Positions 37,901 through 49,110 of a stretch of 54,382 bases of DNA are shown piece after piece; the first letter of the stretch is position 1, and each line of letters opens with the position of its first letter. The notes under the pieces were generated by a model. That model saw nothing but the letters and a program-made list of their open reading frames with translations. It searched no databases and was not told where the DNA came from. The DNA is taken from the NCBI RefSeq assembly GCF_001194135.2, contig NC_068983.1, positions 60,188,298-60,242,679 on the forward strand, in the 5' to 3' direction. This DNA is from Octopus bimaculoides (lineage: Eukaryota). Both the position numbers and the translations under genes were made by a program.

Positions 37901-38852
37901 TGTACCAGTAGAGCGCAAAAAGCACTGTCCAAGCATGATAGTTGCCAGAGCAGCTGCCTGACTTCCATGCCGGTGGCACATAAATAGCACCATTCGAGCG
38001 TAATCATTACCAGCTTTGCCTTCCTGGCACTTGTGCCAGTGGCACGTAAAAAGACATTCAAGTGAGGTCGTTGCCAGTGCCGCTGGACTGGCTCCTGTGC
38101 AGGTGGCACATAAAATACACCATTTTAAGCGTGGCCGTTGCCAGTACCGCCTGACTGGCCTTCGTGCCGGTGGCATGTAAAAGCATCCACTACACTCTCG
38201 GAGTGGTTGGCGTTAGGAAGGGCATCCAGCTGTAGAAATTCTGCCAAATCAGATTGGAGCCTGGTATAGCCATCTGGTGCACCAGTCCTCAGTCAAATCG
38301 TCCAACCCATGCTAGCATGGAAAGTGGACGTTAAACGATGATGATGATGGTAAGCCGAAATCTAAATACCAAATGGTCTATAGAATGTTCTAGAACTTCT
38401 GGGCTAAAGGTGAATGAATTCGACTTTAGGCAGAGCTATCACAAGTATATTTGGGTCGTGTTGCCTGCCCCCGTGTGATAGTCTCTCATCTCTCTCACCT
38501 ATTCTTGCTTGATTTAATTGACCATCACTGATTACAAACTTAGTATTACATTTCAGTATATATTTGCATTAACCAAATGACTACATCATCATCATCATCA
38601 CAATTTAATGTCTGCTTTTCCATGTTTGCATGGGTTGTATGGATTTTAGTGAGGCAGATTGCTCTATGGCCAAATGCTTTTCCTGTCGACAACTAACTAT
38701 TACCTGTTTCCAAAAAAGGAATATTTCTGCATGAGCAAGCATGCTTTTCGTAGAAACAAACAACAATGTTTATATGACAGTGATGCTTATTTTCAATCAC
38801 CACATGAGATCGAGACAAAGGAAAACACACACACATATATGTATATATACAT

Positions 38853-38924
<72 letters not shown>

Positions 38925-40014
38925 TACATATACAATGAGTTTTTATCATTTTCCATCTACCAAGGCTTTGATCAGCTTGAGGCCATAGTAGATATCACTT
39001 GTCCAATGCACCATGCAGTGGGACTGAACCTGAACCCACATAGTTGGGAAGTGAGATCCTCAATGAGCACCCCACCACAGAGAATATAGTTCTCAGGGAG
39101 ATTCAGCATGATACAGAATGTGACAACACTGGCCCTTTGAACTCCGGACATTATTCATTTTTGCCAGCTAAGTGGACTGGAGCAAAGTGAAATGAAGTGC
39201 CTTGCTCAAGGACACGACATACTACTGGGATTCAAACTCATGATTTTATGGTCAGAAGCCAAACACCCTAACCATTAAGTTACAGGGGCTGGTGGCATAA
39301 ACTACGACCTCTCCCCACATAATTACTGGCTTTGTGTCTAAATCAGAAACCTTATTAAGAACATATTAGTAATCCTCGGATAAAAATAAACTAATTTCGT
39401 TCAGTTAGTTTTATATCCTTCTATGTGTTTGATATAAAGGTTTCACAAAGCGGAGATAGACACAACTGTCTTCACACAACATGCTTCAAATTACTCCACA
39501 AAACATGATACTCTAATAAATACAAACTCCCAACAATCTCAATGACCTCCTACAACTTCCACGAACTCTCAACGACTCCTACCACTGTTCTCTCATCTCA
39601 ACCAATATGTTACTCTCTATAAGAGTTCAGCTTGGCCATTCTTCCAATCGCACAGGGGTGTCAATGACTCTCGCCATAACAGTTAGTCAATGTTTTCTAG
39701 ATACAAATAGCAATGATAACAGAATATTTTCTATTTATTAAAATATATTTTCAGATCAACTTAACTTTCATATTTAATTTATCTTGGTGCAGTCCAACTG
39801 GAGTGGCTTGTCATTGACTTTTCCTGGTTGGTATAACACAATAATGTTTTAGATAAGAAATATTTATGCTTTATGTAACAATCAGAAGTGAAGTAGCTGG
39901 AACAGAGAGAGGACACCTCTGGATAAAGTGCTGTGAACTACTCTGTTATGATTTATGTAATGCGACACTGTGATTGTAATGTTCTTTTGTAGTAATTAAT
40001 TTATAAAACCAATA

Positions 40015-40285
40015 ATAAACAGTGGTGGTATGCTGTCAACTTAATGTAACAGTCCCATGAAAGAGAACAGTACTACTGCTATTTAGCCCTGGGAAGCACC
40101 GCTTCCTGTCGGCCTTGACACATTTCCTGTGTCCTTATGTTTACAAAGGGAGAGATAAGCACCTCCAACCAGCTAAGCCAGCATCCAGAGACTAGTTTCT
40201 GAGTCATTGCTCATCATCAGTCTGGAGTAGCATGGCTTGCTAGCTGTCGATGTCTATCTGCCTTTGTAAAACAGTTAACTATTTT
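40015..40285 (-). mobile_element. Short (~270 bp) hammerhead-bearing repeat; inverted second copy at about 9618-9840
   Basis: 40021-40217 is the reverse complement, with scattered mismatches, of 9631-9835. Confidence 0.7.
40171..40245 (-). ncRNA. Type I hammerhead ribozyme motif in a short Penelope-like repeat
   Basis: Minus strand: UCCAGA-CUGAUGA-UGAG(CAAUGA)CUCA-GAAA-CUA-GUC-UCUGGA. Stem I is 6 bp and extendable, stem II is 4 bp, stem III is the palindrome ACUAGU, and the cleavage triplet is GUC. Confidence 0.7.
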
Positions 40286-40289
40286 AGAT

Positions 40290-42411
40290 GTGAAGAAAAT
40301 GTGCTCATGCTTTGACAATTGATGAGATACAACAACTACTAGAAGAGTACTTTGATGAGGAGGAACATGTTGAGACAACCGACATGATCATTGTACCCCC
40401 AGACTTACACAATGTTACTGATGAGGACGAAGTCAATGATGAAGACAATGGTGAGCCAATTGTCAACAATATCCCTGGACCACTGGAATTACATATTATT
40501 GAGAAGAAAAATGAAAATAATGCAGCTGAAGAGAAGAAGAGCTCTCAGCAAGGAACAAGAAGACCCACAAAGAAACGAAAATTATGTTGAAGAAAAAAGA
40601 TTCCTGAATACACAAAAACTCAGCCTAGAACTGAGAATTATTCTAAATGTTTTAGAAAAATGAAAGATGGTCTGCAATATCACAGCCCTGTTGAACTATT
40701 TGAGGAATGCTAACCCCAAAAATATATAATAATATAGCAAAAGAAACTGTTCAATATTTTGCAGCTAGGAAGAATAAAATCGAAATCTTTTCAATAGATG
40801 AATTGAAGACATTTTTTAGTGTTTTGATGTATTCCAGTTATCTTAGGTTACTCTCCACAAGAAACTACTGGTCAAATGAGGAAGATTTGGGTGTGCCACT
40901 AATCAAAACTGCTATTACAAGAAATCGATTCCAGCATCTGAAAAGCACCGTTCACTTTTGCAATAATGAAAATTGGGAGGAGAATAAAAATGATGAAGGT
41001 TACAAAGCTTGTTCTCTCTTTTTACCATGATTCAGAATTCCTTCAAAAAATCCAGAATTTTTGAAAAAAAGTCTCACAGTCGATGAAATGATAGTCAAAT
41101 ACTATGGGCATAATTCACTCAAATAATTTATAAAAAGGAGACCCATGAGATTTGGTTACAAATTTTGGGCATTGTGTGCTGTTTCAGGATTTTGTTACAA
41201 CTTTGATCTTTATTGTGGCAAAAGTATGCAAGAAGGACTTCATGACAATCTTTCACTTGGAAGTAGTGTTGTCCTACAAATGCTTGGAGTGGTAGATGAT
41301 CCTCGTTCACATTCCATATATTTTGATAATTTATTCCCAAATTCTGATCTGCTAATGCGCCTCAGGGAAATGGGATTTGAAGCAACTGGTACAACAAGAG
41401 ATAATCATCTCAAAAGATGTCCTCTAAAGGAAACAGCATTGATGAAAATGGAGCCAAGAGGTTCATATGATTATAGATTTGACATCAATAACGAAATCCT
41501 TATAGTTAGGTGGCTTGACAATAAATGTGTGACAATTGGGACTAATTATGATTCAGTCGAACCAATTTGCAATGTACAATGCTGGAGGAAAGTCATAAAA
41601 GGCAAAAGCAATGTGTCTCAGCCTCATGTTTTGAGCACACATAACAATTTCATAGGTGGGGTTCACAAACCCGACAGGTTAGTATCAAAATATGCAACCT
41701 CAGTTAGAGGCAAAAAGTGGTACAGGTCATTGTTCACTAGAGTTATTAATATGACTTGTAAATGCATGGACTATTTACAAACTGATCCATGACGAAAAGG
41801 GTGAAATAAAAGATCTACTTGATTTTAAGCGATATATATGTTTCATATCTAAAACTATTTACTTCTAAGAGTTCTGGACAAAAAACAAAGTCAACCACCT
41901 CATCCACACCAGTTGCTGACGTCAAATTTTTTTGTAAGTCCATATCATAGCTAAATGAGATCAGACAACGATGTCAGAATAAGTCTTGCAGCACTAAACC
42001 ACTTATTGTCAAAAGTACAACATTACCCTGTGTCTAGACTACTTTGCTCTTTTCCACAAGGCATAGTTTTATGAATGGATTTCTTTCAATCTATTATTTT
42101 TTGTATTTTCGTATTTTTGTATTTCAGTGTATTATTTCAATGTATTCTTTCGAAAACATTAACCATTTTTTTAATATAAAATTTAATACCAATAGGATAC
42201 AGTTAGGTAACATACAAAAGATTTTGAACTTATGAATACATCACATTGTCTCAGTGTCCTATTTATAGGACACCATGTCTTTTCATTTCTACTTGAAGTA
42301 AAGGAGTTTTAATAATTGATTTTTTTTCTTTTCATTTTAACCTTATTTTCAATCATCTGTGAAAACTTAAAAGTAATATTCAGAAATTTAAGTACTCTGG
42401 GACTTAATTGG
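40290..42411 (+). mobile_element. Decayed piggyBac transposon (PGBD2/3-like transposase pseudogene) with recognisable right end
   Basis: ORF pieces 40312-40590, 40707-41030 and 41145-41792 are joined by stops and frameshifts. Motifs: acidic N-terminus, RNYWS, ITRNRF, SLTVDEMIVKYYG, RFGYKFW, YFDNLF, WLDNKCV and a degraded Cys-rich C-terminus. Right end ...gggacttaattgg|TTAA (42412-42415) and subterminal palindrome gtgtcctat-tt-ataggacac (about 42254-42273). No left TIR was found. Confidence 0.85.
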
Positions 42412-42719
42412 TTAATAAAGCTATGATAGCATGTAAATATTAGTTGAAAAATCTTTTTGAATAGAAAAAGTTGGAGGCTGATCATGGAAAACAAACCCAC
42501 ATCTCCTGGGGACATGTTTTACAAGTTATTATCTATAAATATAATTAATGCAGCGAGCTGGCAGAAACGTTAGCACTAAAATTTGAAACCAATATCTCTG
42601 GATATAACTGAAATTTGGAATTGTGCCACAGATTTAGTTGACTGTGGATTAAGTCTTGTTCTATAGCAGTGGTTCTCAACTAGGGTCTATGTGACCCCTG
42701 GGGATTCATATAAGATTTT

Positions 42720-43135
42720 TGTAATCATCTTTGTAATTGTAGTTGTTGTTATTGTTATTATATCATGAAAACTCTCAGCTTTATTTGGTTGGATGTGATG
42801 GACAGCGTCAGATGTCCACAGGTAACAGACTAACATGACACTTATTTACTCGTCATGCTTCAAGAATCCTGTGAAGGACTCTCACAGCTCTAAACAATGA
42901 TAATTTTGTAGGCGTTCTATCTTGACTTCTAGAATTTCTGTATGTTCCAATTCTTATTCTGTGTCACGTTCATAGTTTACGTTTGGTTTCTGAAATTTTG
43001 AATTTTCAATCACCTTTTGGTTTGAACTTGAGAAAGACAGACGTTCTGTCGAAATATTGTTAAAAAAATAAAACATCTAAAATCGCACTCTTCGTCTTGA
43101 CTATTTACCTTCGTGAAGAGTTACGTCAATCCTTT
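42720..43135 (+). mobile_element. Penelope-like pLTR-type repeat with hammerhead-like motif
   Basis: Contains cttgagaaa-gacaga(cgt)tctgtc-gaaatattgtt followed by aataaa, as in PLE terminal repeats. Confidence 0.4.
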
Positions 43136-43169
43136 TTTTTTAAATATTATTATTATTATTATTATTATT

Positions 43170-43620
43170 GAGTGAGAGAGCAGTGCATGCCATCAAAGTG
43201 ACACTAGGGTAAAATATACGAAGCCCATTATACCCATCATGACTACCCATCTGATAAGGGTACACCAGGCACATGCATCACAACCATGTGTACGTGACAT
43301 AAAGATAAACAGTGCATGACCTCGCAAGTGGGGCCCAGTTAGAATTTTTTTCAGGTCGAGTAGCCCATCCCGCTCAAAAGGTCCCTGAATAAGGTTTGTT
43401 TAAGGATGTTGAGCAAAACACCCATGTTTCCAGAGGTGAATTATCCAAACCCCAAAGAATTTCTTTCAACACATGGCTATGATGCTCCTCCACTACTTCT
43501 GCTCATGATCAGAGATGCACATATCATCAGCCACCAAGGGACATGCTCAACTGGTTAAGGTCAAACAACTGACAAGCAAATCTGTGGTATTGAGCAGAAT
43601 ATTTGCTGTAGCCCATTTAA
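43170..43620. repeat. Interspersed repeat of undetermined class following an (ATT)n run
   Basis: Non-coding, sharply bounded by a microsatellite, and resembling a cephalopod repeat I recall. No second copy in the window, so support is weak. Confidence 0.3.
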
Positions 43621-43868
43621 ACTTTTGCTTTGTATTTGTACAATTTGTCTCCAAGTCTCACCCCGAGACCTCAAGACACAACAAGTTAGAAGTTCAAGCT
43701 GGTGTTATGCTTGGGGTATCATATATTTCGTTTTGCACATAGTATTGTATTGTTCTAGAGAACGTTTAAGAAAACTTAAGAAAATTATGAGCTGGTTTTA
43801 AAATTTGAGATTACATAGACAGTACTATCTTTTGAATTTCTGCCTTTTTCTGCCATTTATTCTTCTTC

Positions 43869-43925
<57 letters not shown>

Positions 43926-43938
43926 TTATTATTGTCAG

Positions 43939-44121
43939 ACTTGCATCCTTATTCTTTGAAACTTGAAAAGACTCTGAATAACCTTCAACTCGGCAAGGTG
44001 TATCGCTGTTACAGTAGCGCTTACTGGAAAATAGCTACATTAATGTGTGCCCAAAATGGTCACAACCTGGTCCAGTTACTGACGGTAGATGAACAAAAGT
44101 GGTTGGTAGATAGACTGAAAC
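43939..44121 (+). CDS. C-type lectin-like domain protein, exon with N-terminal half of the CTLD
   Basis: Acceptor attgtcag| and donor |gtaagt; 183 nt, phase 1 to 1. Encodes LHPYSLKLEKTLNNLQLGKVYRCYSSAYWKIATLMCAQNGHNLVQLLTVDEQKWLVDRLK, with the CTLD pattern W-x2-A-x3-C-x3-G-x2-L-x6-E. Confidence 0.8.
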
Positions 44122-44346
44122 GTAAGTATTGAAATTTTTGGTAAATATGAAGATGATGAAGTGGTTGGTCTTAAACCAAGGAAACAGATTAAGACTACCA
44201 CCCAAGTACAGCCATATCTGAACTTACATTAGATTCATGAATGAACTTACTGTATACAGTGCTGCTCAGGTGCACTAAAACTCATCAGAAAAAAAAAAAC
44301 TGCATGAACAGTACATAAAATATGCACAGGAAGTGAACAGTGAATA

Positions 44347-44733
44347 GGCGCAGGAGTGGCTGTGTGGTAAGTAGCTTGCTTACCAACCACATGGTTCTGG
44401 GTTCAGTCCCACTGCGTGGCACCTTGGGTAAGTGTCTTCTACTATAGGCTTGGGCCGACCAAAGCCTTGTGAGTGGATTTGGTAGACGGAAACACTGAAA
44501 GAAGCCCGTCGTATATATGTATATATATATATGTATGTGTGTCTGGGTTTGTCCCCCCACCATCACTTGACAACCGATGCTGGTGTGTTTACGTTCCCGT
44601 AACTTAGCAGTTCGGCAAAAAGAGACCGATAGAATAAGTACTAGGCTTACAAAGAATAAGTTTTGGGGTCGATTTTCTCGACTAAAGGCGGTGCCGCAGT
44701 CAAATGACTTAAACAAGTAAAAGAGTAAAGACA
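44347..44733 (+). mobile_element. tRNA-derived SINE family A, near full length. Other copies: 5560-6040+, 8288-8690-, 9879-10160+, 29890-30360-, 50840-51230+, and many fragments
   Basis: 5' ggcgcaggagtggctgtgtggtaag (A-box-like) and gggttcagtccc (B-box-like), a central (TA)/(TG) microsatellite and an A-rich aaagagtaaag end; more than 15 homologous pieces in the window. Confidence 0.85.
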
Positions 44734-46995
44734 GTGAATAAGACTTAGATTAAAAAAGAAAAAAGGAAGAAGAAATGAGGGTGGGGGTACATCAGGTGTA
44801 CTGTTGGCAAAATTCAGGAAGCATGGAAGTTTTGAAGGATGTAGTGTCTCAACTGCTAACAATTGATGCAGGTAGTTTATTCCATGGTTCAGCAATTCTG
44901 AGTGTGAAAAAATATTTCTGAAAGTCATGGGTGCTGTGTTGTATTTTGATTTTGTAAGCCTGTCCATAAGTGTTAGACATGGAATTCAAAAGTAATTCAA
45001 TAAGTAATTGGTTTGAAGACTTGAGTTACAAAACAATGCAACATGAAAAATCATTTTAAAAACTTTATTAGTTTATGTCTTTTTTAAGAAATGGTTTGTA
45101 CATATTTTCACATGTATTCTATGTGAGTTTTCACTTTAGTATTGGATTTTAGATGGGTTTTTTTAAATGCTTATGCTTTTAAATGTTTGCTGAGACTAAC
45201 GTCAAGTCAGATAAATCAACTAAAGTAGAGGTTTATTTTATAAAAAAAAAAAGAAAAAAGAAACAATGTGAAAACAAAAAAGACATATGTTGAGTTATGC
45301 CTGTATTTAGAATGCAGAGGATCAGGTGGAACACTGTGTAGCGTACTTCTCTATCTCCTTGTGAGTGGATTTGGTAGATGAAAACTGAAAGAAGCCTGTC
45401 ATATGTATGTATGTATGTATGTATTATGTATATCTGCATGTGTGTGTGTGTATGTGTGTGTGTGTGTCTGTGTTTGTCCCCCACCACCACTTGACAACTG
45501 CTGTTTGTGTGTTTATATCCCCATAACCTAGTGGTTCAGCAAATGAGATTGATAGAATAAGTACCAAGCTTTAAAAAGAAATAAGTACTAGGGTCAATTC
45601 ATTCAACTAAAAAAAAATTCTTCAAAGCGGGGCTCCAGCATAGCCCCAGCATAGCCCCAGCATAGCCCCAGCATAGCCCTAACATGGCCACAGACTAATG
45701 ACTGGAACAATTAAAAGTTAAAAGGGAAAAGGTATATATTTTAAAATTATTTATTATAATAAACAGAGTTTAACTAAAATATTCCTACAACTTGCTCATT
45801 AAATGTTTAATCAGCTGCAAGCATCTTCAGAAAACCTGGTTGCTATAGCAATATGTTTAGAATTACAGTTCATGTTAGTGTTTGGAATTTAAAATAACAA
45901 CTTCAGTTTTATAATTTCTCTTCAGAAATTTCTTTGTGTCTTTCTAGATGTTTTTGAGTCTTTAGGCAATTTTTAATCCTCCATTGANNNNNNNNNNNNN
46001 NNNNNNNNNNNNNNNNNNNNNNNNNNNNNNNNNNNNNNNNNNNNNNNNNNNNNNNNNNNNNNNNNNNNNNNNNNNNNNNNNNNNNNNNNNNNNNNNNNNN
46101 NNNNNNNNNNNNNNNNNNNNNNNNNNNNNNNNNNNNNNNNNNNNNNNNNNNNNNNNNNNNNNNNNNNNNNNNNNNNNNNNNNNNNNNNNNNNNNNNNNNN
46201 NNNNNNNNNNNNNNNNNNNNNNNNNNNNNNNNNNNNNNNNNNNNNNNNNNNNNNNNNNNNNNNNNNNNNNNNNNNNNNNNNNNNNNNNNNNNNNNNNNNN
46301 NNNNNNNNNNNNNNNNNNNNNNNNNNNNNNNNNNNNNNNNNNNNNNNNNNNNNNNNNTATATATATATATATATATATATGTATATAGGGAGAATTCACA
46401 AAAAAAAACAACAGACAAAGACAGGTGGTGTGGAAAACAAATAGATGTATTAGTATAATGCTTGGGAATTGAAAAAGTCTTTAACGTTTTGAGCCTAAGC
46501 TCTTCCACAGAAAGGAACACAGAAAGAAACAAGGGGAGAAACAAGGAGAGAAAAATATGTGTGTAGTGGTCAGCGATCTATCATGGTGAATGCCAGACAG
46601 AAGCGTCACACAGGAGAGTTAAGAAGAAGGGAAGATAACAAAGCAATATATATATGTATATAATTTAGAGAAAAAAACCTCTATCTTAAATCCCAGCTTA
46701 AATCTCAGTGGTAGGCTTAATCTATCAGTCATTTTAACACTTTGACACCACCAGCTGGAATCAGTAATGAAAAGTCGTTATTCACACCATCTAGAAAAAT
46801 AAATATACTATAAAAATCTTATTCTAAAAATCAATAAAGTACATAAACAATAAATAGTAAATAGTATTTTTAACAGAATTTCTTCGATAAGATAAATTAT
46901 GGTTTTATTTTAAGTAATATTGTTAAATGTTTTTCAATTATTGTTAAAACACGTATTTTTCTATATTTATTTTATAATTATTATAAGTTACATTG

Positions 46996-46996
46996 A

Positions 46997-47056
<60 letters not shown>

Positions 47057-47075
47057 TTTTATTATTATGATTATT
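46996..47075. repeat. (ATT)n microsatellite. Others: 43870-43933, (TG)n 3911-3960 and 50960-51010, (CA)n 30100-30190, many (TA)n
   Basis: Direct inspection. Confidence 0.95.
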
Positions 47076-47846
47076 ATTTTAAACCTGAAGACTGACTATA
47101 TTTTTAAATAGAATTAATTTTAGATCGATTTGATTTTGAATCAAATTGATTTTATTATTGTTATCTATTTGAAAATATAGCCACAAAATGCTCGTAGTCT
47201 ATTTAATACTTTTTATTGTTTATGCACTTTATTGATTTTTAGAATATGCCCTTTCTAATGCCAACCACTTTACAGTGCATGCTGGGTGCTTTTTACAGCA
47301 CTAGTGAGGTCATCAACCAACTTGCAGGACAGAAAAGAACAAGGAAGAAAAAAAGAAAAGAAAAGAAAAAGGAAGACTAAGTGGGGGTGGGGTTACTATT
47401 TGAGTGGGGGAGATGACTTTATGTCAGGTGTTAAGAGGTTGAAGTATAATAAGGGGTCAGGAACAGGTGTCTTGCTACAGAGAAGATATATGGCTATCCT
47501 TACCGTATTATATAAGGACGGGTAAGAGTAACTGGGAAGAAGATAAAGATGGGGTTGTTGGGATGCCACAGCAAATCCTTCAAGTATATGAAAGCAAGCA
47601 ATACACTATATGTGAATAAAAGATGATATAGTCTCAACTAGGCTACTACCTTTTGTCATATGTCTACTCAATCAAGGCTTGCCTGGGGCTAAACAATGAG
47701 GTTTAGAATAATTTTTTTCCTGTGTAATGACCTAACATTTTATTTTGTGATTTTAATGTATTTTATTCCATTTTAATTTAGATGATCCAGAATAACAGGT
47801 GAAAAACAGTTTGATACAATCATTAATTCTTCATTTTTAATTATAG

Positions 47847-48059
47847 CATCATTTGATAGATTCTGGGTTGGTGGAATTGAATTTCAAAAACACTGGTACT
47901 GGAAATATCCAACATGGAGAATTCCAATAAAAAGCAGCCGATGGTTTATGGACTTCAATGAAAATGAAAAAGTTATTGCACATACAACTCATTTAGATGG
48001 TCATTTACCATATTCAAAATTCCCTTTTATTTGTGAGGAGAATTATTTTTCAAGGAATG
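47847..48059 (+). CDS. C-type lectin-like domain protein, exon with C-terminal half of the CTLD
   Basis: Acceptor ttttaattatag| and donor |gtaaga; 213 nt, phase 1 to 1, in frame with the previous exon. Encodes SFDRFWVGGIEFQKHWYWKYPTWRIPIKSSRWFMDFNENEKVIAHTTHLDGHLPYSKFPFICEENYFSRN, with WIGL-like FWVGG, WxW and FICE motifs. Confidence 0.8.
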
Positions 48060-48494
48060 GTAAGACATTTTATTCAAATATTAATCAAACTTTTAGATGA
48101 GTTCAAAAATATATTAGGATATGTTTGACTTGTAAAGAGGCCATTTTCACTCTGGTTTGCTTATATCAGTTCATGGGAAGGGGGCTCCAAAATGGCTTTG
48201 GTGCTTTACACCTTTAGCCTAAAGCAAGAATTTTTCTCCATTGCAAACCACAGTGAAAAGGGCCTTTTTTGCAAGTCAAATATGCCCCAGTCATATTAGA
48301 ACTGATCTAAAATTTTGTTTATTTCACATCATTGCTTCACATGTCAACCATGTAATGAATATTAATTTTTTGATTTTAATTTCTTTTATTTTTCACTTTT
48401 GCTGGTGCCATGTAAAAATCAAGACTACAATTTAAGGATTAGTATAAAATCTTCATTCATTCGTTTGGACAATGGATCCAGAGCCTTTCGTGAA

Positions 48495-48846
48495 AGCCCA
48501 CTTTTTAGCTCAGTGGTTAGAGCATTTGGCACACAGTCATGAAGTAGTAAGTTCAATTCCTGGACTGGGCTGTGTGTTGTGTTCTTGAGCAAGACACTTT
48601 ATTTCCTGTTGCTCCAGTTCACTCAGCTGTAGAAATGAGTTGCAACATCATTGGTGCCAAGCTGTATCAGCCTTTGCCTTTCCCTTGGATAACATCGGTG
48701 GTGTGGAAGGGGATATGGCTATGCATGGGTGACAGCTGGTCTTCCATAAACAACCTTGCCCGGACTTGTGCCTCAGAAGGGAAATTTCTAAGTACAATCC
48801 CATGGTCATTCATGACCACAGGAAGTCTTTACCCTTTTACCATTTA
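48495..48846 (+). mobile_element. tRNA-derived SINE, further family; related pieces at about 16620-16930+ and 39075-39280-
   Basis: tagctcagtggttagagc (A-box) and agttcaattcc (B-box), then gtgttcttgagcaagacactttatttc, shared with the other copies. Confidence 0.65.
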
Positions 48847-48859
48847 AAAGTTTTCATTG

Positions 48860-49110
48860 AAGGCATGTGAAATATTGGAGGTCAAGTGACAAAGCAGTGA
48901 CTGTCATCACCACCAACAGATGAAACAAGTAAAAGAAGGAGTGAGTACTTTAAAAAAAAGCTGCAGTTTCCGTGCAGAATTTAAATGAACTGCTTGAAAA
49001 TGCATTGCCAGTATAGTGAATGGGGGGAAGAATGGTCTGCCATATCTGTGAAAGTGTATGTTTATCAAGAGCTGGGTTTATTAGTCACCAGTGGAGCCAC
49101 AAGTGTAAAA
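48860..49110 (+). mobile_element. RTE-type LINE C-terminal zinc-finger relic
   Basis: Reads VCHICESVCLSRAGFISHQWSH, the CxxC...SRAGLxSHxRxH-type motif at the end of many LINE ORFs. Confidence 0.55.

Noticed and set aside
47782-47798. Possible 17-nt micro-exon (ag|ATGATCCAGAATAACAG|gt) before the second CTLD exon
   Set aside because: It would introduce an in-frame stop and leave only a 48-nt intron; not supportable without reads.
48495-48570. tRNA-like A/B boxes here and at the heads of other repeats
   Set aside because: No complete cloverleaf, and each continues into a repeated SINE body, so these are SINE heads rather than tRNA genes.
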